From: Trichoplax sp. H2
Lineage: Eukaryota
Assembly: GCA_003344405.1 (NCBI GenBank)
Contig: NOWV01000151.1
Coordinates: 62,001-126,000, forward strand
Length of the DNA: 64,000 nt
Direction of reading: 5' to 3'
Below, in pieces: positions 27,118-39,600 of the stretch (the stretch's first letter is position 1; each line of letters starts with the position of its first letter). The notes under the pieces are model-generated. The model was given only the letters and a program-made list of their open reading frames with translations. It was not told where the DNA came from and ran no database searches. Made by a program: the position numbers and the translations under genes.

Positions 27118-30100
27118 TCAATCTTTCAAATGAATATTTCGCATGCGTTTAATAAAACTCATTGTTGAAGGTAATTCCGAATAGCAATCAGGATCTGGTG
27201 AAGATAAAGGCAAATTATCATCAGTACCAAACTTGCTTGCTGAACTAGGCCCGGCTGTTATAGATGTGTTGCTGATGCCAAAACGCGCATCACCCTCCAT
27301 TTCCGAACTCTGGACCCAAACATTTCGTGTGCGCTTAAGGGGATTAGAAGATTTCGAATTTTTCCCTCCTTTTGCATCACGATTAGTTGAAGTTTGTGAT
27401 GCCAAATGTGGAACTGGTTTAGCTAAAAAATCCTTAGTGACCAGCCCATGAATTAGTGGAGGACTATTAACTCCAGATGGACGCTTAAGTTTGGAAATAC
27501 TGCTACGACCGGTATTTTTATCGTCATCAGCTGCCTTGTTAACAAACAAATCCGCTTGGCTGTGTGCACGATTAACCCTAACATCTTTATCTCTTGTCTT
27601 TGCCCCATGCACATCTACAATACTAGTTGAAGACGATCGTCTTTCTAGACTCTTATCTCCATTACTAATGTTAGATAATGAATTAGCTTTACCTTTAATA
27701 ATATTACCGGTTGATACTGGTATTGCAGTAATTTTCGCGGAGATACTTGGCGCCACTAGCTGAAGGGCCTCTTCAAAATGATTGCCTTCTTCGTCATTAC
27801 GGCTGCTTTTAGTGCCATTCTGATTAGCTTCAAGATCTTTTGATTCCGTCGTCAATAAATGGCCAAAATTTATTGAATTCTCACTTTCTAACACAGCATT
27901 GAAGGCTAACATGTCCCTCTTAAGATCACTAAATATATCTTTATCAATCTTAGGGGTACTTATTAAACCAGTATTGTATAAGTCTGATAATTCTACTGCT
28001 TTTTCTACAGATTTAATGAACTTGCTGATATCAGTTTTCGTCAAATTTGAAAATTCTTCATTAATTAGCCTCCTAACACAGCTCGTAAATTGCACTTTAC
28101 ATCGTTTAGCCACATCAATTCGCTCTCTTAAAATTCCAGCACGCATCTTCGCAGCTGTGCGCTCTCTACTCTGCGTCATAAATCGCATAATATCTTGTCG
28201 TATTTTTAGCATAGTCGAAATATAACGTTCTCCTAGCATTTCCAGCTTTTCAATATATTTCTTATCATAAGAGGCGGTCAACTCCGAAAATGATTCCGTC
28301 TGTTAAAGAATAAAATAATAACAATAAATACTAGATATTAGAGTCCTTAAATGGGGTGAAAATACAACCCGAACCCGATCAAATGGTTGATTTTCTAACC
28401 CAAAATGAGTGCAACCGCTACACAAACATTGTATCACAACAAAAATTCTTAACCCGAATCCCGCCCTCGAGCCAGGTTTCGGGTTGACTTTTAAGGACAC
28501 TGCTGGATATATTCGCATATGCAAGGTTAATTTAATTTTACCTGACAAGCTGCAACGTTTACAATAGGCTTTTTAGCATCCTTTGCCAATTTTTCAATCT
28601 CTGCTGCATACTTTTCAATCATATCTTTTATTTTATCCTCATAATGTTGCTTAGTAGCTTTATAATTCTTAGCCGCTAGCTCAATATCAGTTTTGTATTT
28701 GGTTTCAAATCTAATATGCGCCGCTGCCAACGCTTTTTCATGATAATCCTTTATAGATTCCGCGGAAGCTAACTGTTGCTGGAGATTTTCACGTTCATAT
28801 TCCCACATCTGCTGACGTTTTGATAGAGCAGAATGATACTTGTCTTTAATTGTTCGGTTTTGCGCTTCCCATTCCTTACGCTCTAAAGCAAGTTTATTCA
28901 AAAAATCCCGTTCACAATCGATTTTTAAGTTGTGTAGGTCGCGCTCGCTCTTAATTGTTTGATTTGCTATCAACTGTTGCATATCACTTGTATGCTTTTT
29001 GGTTATCTCAGCTTTCTCTAATGCAAACTTTTTATTTAGTGATGACACCGCATTATCAACCAAAGCTTTATTATCATTATTTAATTTTTCATATTTCTGA
29101 AGCCACAGCTGATTCAACTCTGCAAAGGCTTTTTCCTTTGATATCGAAAATTGCTTCAGGTCTTCCTCTTTTAAATGTTGATATTTTAATTCATTCTGCT
29201 CCATGGTAGCTTTAACTTTCTGCTGAAATTCAACGCTCATTCTTTTCTGAACAGAAGTTTCAGTCTCGCTAATGGCTTCTCTAATAGCTTCATGAAGTTT
29301 TCTTGTCATGTCATGTTCCCAAGAACTACTTATTGCAGCTAAAAGTGTCGTGACAGTTTCCTATTTAATTAAATATAGCCAGTAGATATTAAGCGTCTTC
29401 GTGCGGCCACAAATAGGATTACTTAACTAATTAAAGAGGGTATAAAGATCTATCTCCAGGAGTCAAGAAATCTAAAATATTGTACTTATTTCTACTACTA
29501 TACTAGCTTAAAATTAAAGGCATAAAATCATATAAATACCTGAATTTGTTGGCGAATAGGAGTGTAATGTGGTAAATCTATAGGACTAGAGGGAATTCGA
29601 TTTACAACATTCGCGGCATAGCCATTAGAAGACGCCCAGTTGGCAAACGATCTGTTTATTTCTACATTGACGATACTTTGCAGTTCACGTGCAAACTCAG
29701 TTTTCCATTCAGATTTCGCTTTCGTCAATGCATCACTTACCTGCAAGTTTAAAAAGAATTTAGAGTATAATTTCGAAAAATATTTACCTCTATACACGTA
29801 CATGTAGTCGCTTTTAACTTAATCTTATAAGCAGCTATAACTTAATAAAATTAGCTACCTATGTGGTGATCTTGGCCAACTGTACACTGCAGTATACAAT
29901 TTAAAAATGAATATATACTACAGATTATTTATAATTTTTTCAATAACCTCTTTAACTTTTTGCTTTTCTACTTCTACAGACCATCGTTGTTCGATATCAC
30001 TTAAACGATGAGTTAAATTTTGATTCCATTCACTTCGTGCGGTATCTACCGCATTTTCTACGGCAGTGACGACAGAGACTTTATGTTCGCGCATCCAAAC

Positions 30101-33100
30101 ATCTCGAGCCGATTTGATGCCAGCTTCGACGGCTTCCTGCTTTTCCCGAAGCCACTTGATTTCAGCATTTGTAATAGCAATTTCGATAGCTTTCTGTCGT
30201 TCTGCAGCAGCCATTTCATCCCATTTTGATTTTAATTGTGCTGCTTGCTCCTCCCATAACCTAGATTGATTAGATAGCATTTCATCGTTCCATTTCTTCT
30301 TTTCTTCCCTTACGGCAGATTCTATTCTATCTAGTGTATTTTTCTCATACACTTCAGCCCATTCTGCTTTTGCATTCTCCAATGCATTTTCTACGGCACT
30401 ATTCAGTTTCATAGCATATCTTTCTTCTAAATTACTCTTTAAGTTCTCAATTTCCGTACTGCGAAGATCATCTAGCATAGCATTAAATTCAGCTTTTGAT
30501 TTTTCACGAGAGTTTAAAGCCGTCTCACTAATAGCTATTTCTATTTCTTTGCGATGTTCTGCCTTTAAGCTAGAAGTAACCTCTTCTAGAACTACTTCGA
30601 GCTCCAACTTATGTCTGGACTCCATTTCTTCTTTCATCTCTTTACGAGCCTTGCATATAGCATCTTCTATTGACTTCTGATACCCTATCTTTAATTCATT
30701 TTCTGTTTCATGAGCAGATTCTTGGATAGCAGAAGCCACTCTTTGCTGAAAATTACCTTCGTATTCTTTCTTAACTTTGCTGACAGCTTCTTCAACTGCA
30801 ATATCAACTTCTTTCTCATAGCGTAACTGTATTTCAGCTTTAGCAGTAGCAAGCCTAGACTGATAGTGTACTTCATGGACAGCAGTTAATTCAGCTTCCC
30901 ACTGCCTTTTTGCAGTAGAGACGCTACTTTCAACAGCTTTTCTAAATTTCTCTTCTCGGTCTTCAATCCAATTCGTTTTCGCTATAGCTAATTCGATTGC
31001 CATTCTCCTCTGTAACTCCTCTTCAGTATTTTCCCTTTTAGGTAACTGACCTATTATCGATGTTTCATTTGCTAAAATAGAAACGTCGATACAATCCTTA
31101 CGTATATTTTTGGTACCACTTTCTTCGAGAGCCTTAGATATGGCTTCATCCGCTACTTTTTGATATTCCTCTTTCATACGAGACTCGGTCAAAGATTGTT
31201 CATCAGCAAGGCGTACATAAGCTTCTTTAGCTTTATGCAATTCATTCCTGAGAACATCGATCTCTTCCACTAAAATACTTATTTCATCCCGGTGTTGCTG
31301 AACAAGCTTTTCTTTAGCATCTTCAAAAGCAGACGTCATTCCAGTCTTTAACTGATCAATTGCAGTTTCATGTAGATGCTTACACATTAAACGGCATCTT
31401 TCTACACTTTCTTGCTTATCTTTTTCAGCCTCACGTTTAGTCAGCTCTAAAGATTCTTTCAGTTCAGAATTACATCTATTTAATTCACTAACGTCATTCA
31501 ATTTGCTAGCTAAATCATGCTTTACTTCTTGCCATTTACAACATATATCGTCATAATCTTCCCTTAATTGCTTATTTTGTTGTCGTAAAATTCTTTCCGA
31601 ATTACTTTCTCCAACTTGCGAATCTCTTGCACACTTTAAGTCAATTTCTAGCTGCTGCATACGATTTTCGAGAGAAGCACACACTAACTCTGTCCTGCTA
31701 CATTTTTCTTTTTCATTCTTTAAATCTTGATAAGCTTCCTTTAATTCTGATCTTAACTGATAAATCTCAGATCGCTTTGCGGCATTACTAGCAAGACATC
31801 GGTCAAGTTCTACACGCAAACCATCAACTATATCGTCTGCTTCAACATTTGAATCTTCATCCTTGGTAGACCATTGAAAGCTAGCATCAGAATTTTGAGG
31901 CAATGATTCATTTAATGACCCTGGAGAAATACCCGATGTCTGAACGCCCAATCTTAGTGCCGCTTCATACATTTTACACTGATCTTTTAATTCGGTAACT
32001 TCTTTTTTCAAATCTTCACATAAACCTTCGCCAAGAGATTTTGCAGTTTCCGATCTATGTAACTGATCACGAAGTTCGAGGACGTCCTTTACTGAACCCT
32101 CTTCTAGTACTTTAGTATAGCGATTTTGAAACTCATGCAAATTCTGTGTTAACTTCTTGATAGCTTCAGTATGGTCTAACTCAGCTTCTCTAGCACGTTT
32201 TTTAACATTTATTAATTCACTTTCTAACCTTTCCTTTTCCGAATACAATTCAGAAAGTTGAGAAGCAGTCTTATCATGCATTTCTTTTAATTCATACACT
32301 TCTTCTTGATGGCGCTCTTTCAAAGATGCAACTATCTTGTCGTGTTGTTCCCTGGATCGGAGAATTGTTTCTGAGCGCGAATATTCAGATATCTGTTGAT
32401 TTAATGCCTCAATAGAGCACTCTGCTATATGTAATTTACTTATGGCTTCATCTCTTTCAGATCGGAGAGATTTCTTCTCATCGTCTGTTAATGTTAGTTT
32501 TTTACGTAATTCATCACATTCAATAGTCCTTTCGGATATCATGTTCTGAAATTGTTGAATATTGGAATGTAAAGCCTGACATTCATCTTGCGATAGAAGA
32601 ACTTTGTGTTGCAATATACGTATTTGCCTATCACTATCTTCCTTGAATGTTAATAGCTGCTGACTAAGTTCATCTACTTTGCGACCCCGAGCTTCATATA
32701 AAATTCGCAGTTGAGCGACAGAAGCATCACTAGAATTTGGAGATACATCATGTCCAGTAGTGGAATTGCTACTAGTCTTGGAAATTTCCTGATATTGATC
32801 AATTTTTACTGCTCGTGCTGTACTAGTGTAATGCTCATGTTGAGTCTGTGAACGATTAAGGTAATCATCATTTTCTTCCAATTTTATATTGTCATCCTTT
32901 TTAGTTGAAGGTGGATCACCAGAGGATTGTCTTTTAACGTTAGAGTCGCCAAAGAGGGGAATATTTATGCCAGCGGCGGTTGGAATCATAAAGTTTACAT
33001 TACTTAGTATAAGAGGATCAGTCGATTCAGAGGGCACAATATTGTCTGATATAGGTTCAAGAAATGTTGATGCATCAGTATCTATCGCAAACTCATTAAC

Positions 33101-34183
33101 AGAGCTATTGTGACTGTTGCCCTTGTCTTTCTCTGCATGATATTCCTCCTCTTGCTCTTCAGGCTCTAGTTCTTTCACATGTGGTGATACATCTGTGCTA
33201 ATATTTTCTCTCTGTTCTAAGATCGTTTGATCATGATCAAATCCAGTAATTAAGTTTTGAGTTAGTTCGGAAATATTAGAATTATTGTTATCAACGTCAC
33301 CTAATTCGGTTGTAGTCATGAAAAATAACCATTAATCAATTAAAAAAGCGAAGGAAGATAGCACAATTAAATTTAGGTTATTAATGAGTAGAGGTCTTAT
33401 TTTTAAATCTTAGCGCCATTTTACATACCTGATATGTGATATATATTTGAAGGAAAGTTCGGAGCACGAGGCGGAGTAACAAAACTAATCCCTTTCGAAG
33501 TATCAAATTGTTCCGATTTACCAACAAAAGGGGTTGATGCTTGCCAAGTATTGCCAGCACTCTTTATATTGTCTAGTTGATCATTAGATAGTGATAGTTC
33601 TGAGGGTACACTATCATCATTATTTTCAACTTGGATTTCTCTATTTTCATTTCCATCTTGACTAAGTAAGGAATCATTGACACCATGCGATTCATTAGCC
33701 TCCACATCGTATATACTAGGCATAGGAACATTCCCTGGTAGTTTCTCTAAAACTGCCTGGCGCAACTACAACAGACAATATAAATGTTCAATTTAGGTAT
33801 AGATAATTGCTTGATTAGTGCATTCATTACTATTTACCTCTTCTTGGCGGCGTTCTTCGTCTCTTCGAAATTCTTCTTGCTCAGGAGTTGGTTCTTGCGG
33901 TGGCTTCAATAACGGAATCGCGTAAAGTAGACATTAATAACTCTATCTAATTGTTATCTGTCGATCGTGATAGTATTATACTGTATGTAACCTACTACCA
34001 TTTCACCAATGTCAAACTGAAGTTGTATTAGCAAATCTCAATTAATTAATCATCATTATTCATCCAATGTTGCTAGTCATAAACCTCCGTAGTATGAATA
34101 ACGATATAATTATGTCAAATGTTTATCCTTACTTGAAAACTAAGATCCAATAGTTGTTCACCAGTAGTTTCGTCAGTACTCAT
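27118..34183 (-). CDS. CEP152: Centrosomal protein CEP152/Asterless homologue, ~2002 aa, 7 exons
   Basis: Phase-consistent GT-AG exons: 34133-34183, 33838-33903, 33429-33765, 29948-33300, 29540-29740, 28542-29360, 27118-28299. The N-terminus LDLSFQPPQEPTPEQEEFRRDEERRQEELRQAVLEKLP resembles the acidic PLK4-binding helix of CEP152. QLRILYEARGRKVDEL, LSRSETILRSREQHD-like and YISTMLKIRQDIMRFMTQSRERTA segments resemble conserved CEP152 blocks. Most of the protein is coiled coil. Confidence 0.85.
28339..28502 (-). mobile_element. hAT-type MITE, copy 1 (inside the last CEP152 intron)
   Basis: Imperfect TIRs TAGAGTCCTTAAA / TTTAAGGACACTG; 8-bp TSD CTAGATAT (28331-38) / CTGGATAT (28503-10); internal AACCCG repeats; homologous to the 57654-57838 copy in opposite orientation. 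Confidence 0.88.
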
Positions 34184-36040
34184 CTTGATATTTTAATGTT
34201 GCTATATTCAGAGAAGTTAACAACGATAATACAACGATTATCATCGCCATTATTAGAAAGCCATTACAACCAAATTTACTAATAGGTTTAAAATTTGTTG
34301 CTTACACTACCAGTCAACTACTACTACTATTGTCTATATTTTAGTCGATTACACAATATCTATTTGCAAAGCATTTCAACTAACACCAATAGAAAAAAGT
34401 ACTGTATAGCTTCACATTGTAATGATTTTATTGCTTCGATATTCATATTTTTACTCTGCAATTTAGTCTTGTAGCACAATATATTCAATTTCAAATAGAT
34501 CTATTGTTCAAGTACATCTACTATAAAAGATCTTCACTGTAATCATAATCAATTTACGTACAGTAGCATCCCAAGGCAACAGCTGATTGTACGTATTATT
34601 TCCAGTGACAATAATTACAAGAAGAGACAAAAGGTGGTCCAAACTAATAGCTAGTTTATATTAGTATTACGTAAAAATGGAATAGAACATGACATTGCCA
34701 CTTGATTCAATTTCGATTTTCATTACATACAATTATGAATATTATTTTTAATTATTACTTTGACTATATTTTACAAATTTAGAGAGGGACCAGTCGCGGG
34801 ATATTTTATAAGATGGTAGAGAGGAATTATACTCTAGACAACTCACGAAAGATTTTAATCCGTATTATTAAAGCGCTATTTTTTTTAACCCTTACGCTTT
34901 AAGTTGGCACATAACAGGCGAGTAATAAATAAATAATAACCATAGTTACAGTAATTCTTCGAATAAATAGATAAGGGATAGAAGGATATCAAACAATAAA
35001 ATTACTTCTGCAATGATAAAATTATGATGTATACCGCTGTATAGGTATACTTATATCATCATTATATGTGCATCATCGTTATTTCAGTCATTTGCAAACT
35101 TACAGCATTCGAATGTATGTTTAAACTCGTAGGAAGTAAAAAGATGAAAGCATTTGGCAATAATCACTTCTTCAATGGCAATGATGTATTACACTGTCTA
35201 TATATCTATATCGTAATGATATGTGCATTCCTTGCTATGATTCAGATGAAGCTAATTCATTTATTGCGCAAATGATTCATCCAGTAGTCTTTACTACTGT
35301 CACTCTTCTGTGGGGATGAATATTACGGTACAATCGTATCATGTACTGTTGCATGAAGAAGAGGATCAAGCTCAATTTATCTACGATTCTAGAAAATTGG
35401 ACAAACAGGATGTTATCATCATGTTGTCTTATTAGTATCAGCTTGAACTATATTGCAATCTAAAATAGTATAAGTACCAACATTCTACCTTTATGACACA
35501 ACGATTGATCATTTTCAATTTTTATAATAACTATTCACGAAAGAGGAATTAATTGAATAAATCTAAACAAATAAAAGAGCACAGGTAACTTTCTAGTACA
35601 ACATTGTCCTTTCAAATGTATAGAATTTTCTATTCTTATCACGTCATACTCTAAGTTTCAATCATAAGATGCCATCCAATTCCAATGTCAATAAATCAGT
35701 GCAATTCTTGCAAAATTGAAGGGTAAAACTTATAAAATCTGTATTCATCTATTAGTCAATGATGAAGATAAGACAGGTGGTATACTCAATTCAATCTTCT
35801 TTCTTCCAATTTTGTCATTATCATACTGTCTACTGTATGCAGTATCTTACAAAATTACCAATAGTCATAAGATGCATATTAGTTGAACAAGCCATAACAA
35901 CCAGTAAGACTATTGCATTGACGAATTGAAGTAACATTGTTGACAGAAATGATGGTGAAGATAGCAACTTACCAAAATGGAGAAGGGCATTGGACGAGTC
36001 CAACTTGCAAACAACTTGATTCAGTGTGGCGCCAAATACA

Positions 36041-36660
36041 CTACTGTACTCTACTGACTACAGTAGTAGACTCGATTGCTCGACGATGGACTAGACTGAT
36101 GCGAGCAGTCTTGATGAATTCAATACCAATCCAATCATCGTCTTCAGCCAGACAAGTCTGGCTGGACGATGGCTACAATCTACTGTACTGCACAGTACTG
36201 TACACTGTACAGTACTGTAGATCACGTGGCCTGACATGACCGTACTGTAGTCTATCCAGTGTACGGTACTAGCACTACTACACTGTACTGTACAGTACAG
36301 TACGTCATAAAAAGAATAGTGTACTGTACAGTACAGGGTGTCTCATAAGTATTTCCCACTGTTTGAAATTATATGACATTATAATTTCAAGTCCTTATTA
36401 GACAAATTTTGTATCATTTTGTTGCTCAAGATACTGTTTGGTAAGGTATCTTATAGGGAGGAATACAACTACAATATTTGTACGCCATAAAAAGAAAGAA
36501 TAGTGTATTCACTGTTGCTCAAGATACTGTTTGGTAAGGTATCTTATAGGGGGAATGCAACTGTACAGTACATTTGTACGTCATTCCAAGAATAGATTTC
36601 CGTACTGTACAGTAATACGATACGGTACTGTGTACTGTACACTACAGTACATTGTACAGT
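36041..36660. repeat. Dense TACAGTA/TACTGTA/TACGGTA/TACACTA cluster with an embedded ~93-bp-period duplication
   Basis: Examples: TACTGTACTGCACAGTACTGTACACTGTACAGTACTGTA at 36181 and TACTGTACAGTA..TACGGTACTGTGTACTGTACACTACAGTA at 36603. TGTTGCTCAAGATACTGTTTGGTAAGGTATCTTATAGGG is repeated at 36420 and 36513. Confidence 0.85.
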
Positions 36661-39600
36661 CGCGGGTTTTCGACTCACTTTGCGCCTTTCTTGGGCAAAA
36701 TGAGAAAGCAGCGCTCTAGCTCCTTTGCGCCATCTTCCTTGCTGCTCGCTTTTTAGAATCACAATAGTTTAATGACTCCACTTTGTGCTTCACTGAATTG
36801 GGAGTATACAACAGCAACGGTTACCCTACTTATCCTTCGTGATGACTGCCCGGAGTATGCAGAATGAAGAGTGCAACATTTCCTAGATCATGTGTTTATC
36901 AGTGCAAGTACTGTATCTCCAAAGGAATTGCACGACAGCATCCATTTTCTTTGTTACTTTTACTTTATTATAAGGATTGGTTCTTTTGCCAAGGACTATC
37001 TGCATTTATCTCTCAAGCAAAAATAAAATCATTCCATGACGCACACCGGCCACTTGAATCGGGCTGTGAAGAATTGACAATATCATAATATTATTATCCA
37101 AGCTTCAAACCATGAACAATTTTGACGTAGAACCACAAAATGCAGTTTTCTCGCGATATGGCATACTAGTTAAATACTGTGTACTACTTACTACTAGACT
37201 ACAACGTAGCCATGGCTGTTAATCCGTCATCACTACCATATGATTCACGTGCACTGATTTCAAAATACCGTAATGTTGTAAGAGTTGAGAGACCGCTCTG
37301 CTACGGCACAGCAGTAATTTTTTGTTATGCATTCGAGAGAAATGAATCAATGACATCAGCCAATTAATATCTAAGCAAGACGTAAAAAAATACGTTATCA
37401 ACTCAAGTATACTGTGTCATGGACTATTTGACCAGGTACACTATATCTTCGACATGTCTGCATTCCGTAAAGTACATAGAAACTTCTTTGAGAAGTAAAC
37501 ATCCTTAGAACTTCTGTGCAACTCTCCTAACACCTAGTAAATTAGTTGAAATATAAAAATTAGAAATGAACTACAGTATGAATATAAAACTCTTTGCATA
37601 GATGACTGATTTACTTACATATACCCGTAGCATCTACATTGCATACTACTAGAGAAGCGATGAATTACAGCAGTATCGCGATTATTATTACTGTGAACTG
37701 AAAGCGCCTTACAGTGCACCTTTTATGGGTGATAAAAGTAGGTGAAATTACTGTCCAGTGTGCAACAGGGCCGTGATGTACTTTTAGAGTTATGACGATG
37801 TTTGAAAGTGCAATATCCAATTAACAAACTTGTATATACTAATACCTGATTTAGGTAAATCCAGTATTGCCTCCAATAATTATTTATCCTCTCATCTAAT
37901 TCAAGCGCATTCGAAACTGGATTGCTTGAAAATTATCCTATTACTCCCAAAGTTTCATACAATGTTGATAAATTCTTATCCTATGAAATGGATGGAAACT
38001 TTTAGAAGTTTCCGTATTGCATTGCTATTTAAAACTATAGTGTAAAGTACTGTACTGCAGTACGCTCGTATATGTGAGAAATACTTGTATAGGATAGATA
38101 TATCGCTAGACCACGATAAGTACAGTAACTACTACCGATATCATATTATTCCATCAATTCATTCAGACATTGGCGTAACGATAAATACACATCATCATAT
38201 ACTCTTATAGGCTTATTATTTGGATTAATACTTTAGCAATCTGAAGTAAATACAATATGGAAATCAAATATTGCATTGCTATCGAAAGCTATAGACTTGT
38301 GAATTACAGTATCTACATATACAAATCTATGGTATTGAATCAATACTTTCGCATTCTGGAATAAATGTAGATGTACTTCATAAAATATAGTCTAGATTAT
38401 CTGTAAGTAAACAGTAGGTGTATCACAATTAATACTCTGAGACAAGGAAACGTACAGTAAAAATCTATAAGTAACTACTGACTTCAACGTTCTTTTACCA
38501 AACGTTAAACACACACAGCAAAGTACCGTAAAGATAGAATCTTTATTAGCATAGACACATTTACAACTTTTCACCACACAACCCAACTCCAATGTTCACG
38601 TTTATATAGAAACCGGCTAATCTGTAAACAACATTATTATTATACCTTACTAGGAGAGATATCTTGAACTGAGACGTTCCTTACAGAACTTTTATATAAG
38701 AAAATATTTTTCGTCTCTTACTCATACTAAATTTTGATCTAAGCATGTATGTTGTCTAGTTCAACTATCATTAGCTAGAACTATATTAGAACTATAACTA
38801 AAGGCATCGAAGAGTAGTATAAATACCCCGGCGCTGCTCATTTAAAGGGAGGGCAGGCGTTACTAGAACCTGAATCATCTCACTACTATCTACACATAAT
38901 AACAAATAATATCAAATATGTAATAAGCTATTACAAATAATATCCACGTTAAGGCACTACTTATCATACCTAGTACTACAAATATGAATATTTCCCATAT
39001 TAGCTATTACCGCACTATTCAACTATCCTAACGGTAAGGTAACACCGCAACAAGATGCAGGGCTACGATATTATGAATATGCATCATCCAATTACAAGTA
39101 ATTATATCATTATTGCAACTTATAACTTTCACCAATGCCAATACATCCAATAACTCAAATCGTCAAAACGTATAAAACTGCTAAGAGAACGCTTACAACA
39201 AGAGATCAATTTTGCCATCTTCGTGATGAATGATAATAATTATTAGTGACCCTTTGGATTTAAAAAATACTCAAGTACCATCTATTTTTTATCATTTTTA
39301 TAAATTGTCAATGTCACTCTAGCATTAGGAAATAAATCCAGATATAGCGAATGAAAAGCAGAAGTTATCAGTAATAATAGATGCCCCAGTTTAGCAACAT
39401 CAATCCTTATAATACAGTTACAGTATTTTATTCATGCAACTTCAACAGCAACAACTTTAACTAGCAACAGCCGACAACCCTTCTAATTTGTACTTAATAT
39501 TATAATGAAATTTCTCTTTCATTTCATTTTCGCACGGCAATGGAAAATAAATCCAACTGTAAGCATTGTTCGTGAAATGTTGAAATTATCGGTAACTACA

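Noticed and set aside
28303-28548. 81-aa minus-strand ORF between CEP152 exons
   Set aside because: It spans an intron occupied by the MITE; the flanking exons join in frame without it.
900-33113. Antisense or overlapping short ORFs within real exons (e.g. 900-1103, 9031-9288, 15173-15795, 19690-19926, 27233-28225, 28955-29209, 30020-30876, 32889-33113)
   Set aside because: Shadows of the coding strand with no recognisable motifs.
35275-35299. 22/25-nt match to the reverse complement near 63610-63635 (IHPVxFTT)
   Set aside because: The match does not extend, and one of this size is roughly expected by chance in AT-rich 64 kb.
35937-36762. ORFs of 62-100 aa rich in Y/C/T/V
   Set aside because: Produced by TACAG/TACTG repeats that lack stop codons.
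36716-36811. Minus-strand peptide SVKHKVESLNYCDSKKRAARKM, faintly like a Brinker/pogo HTH
   Set aside because: Too short, ends in a stop, and no DDE domain or second TIR was found.
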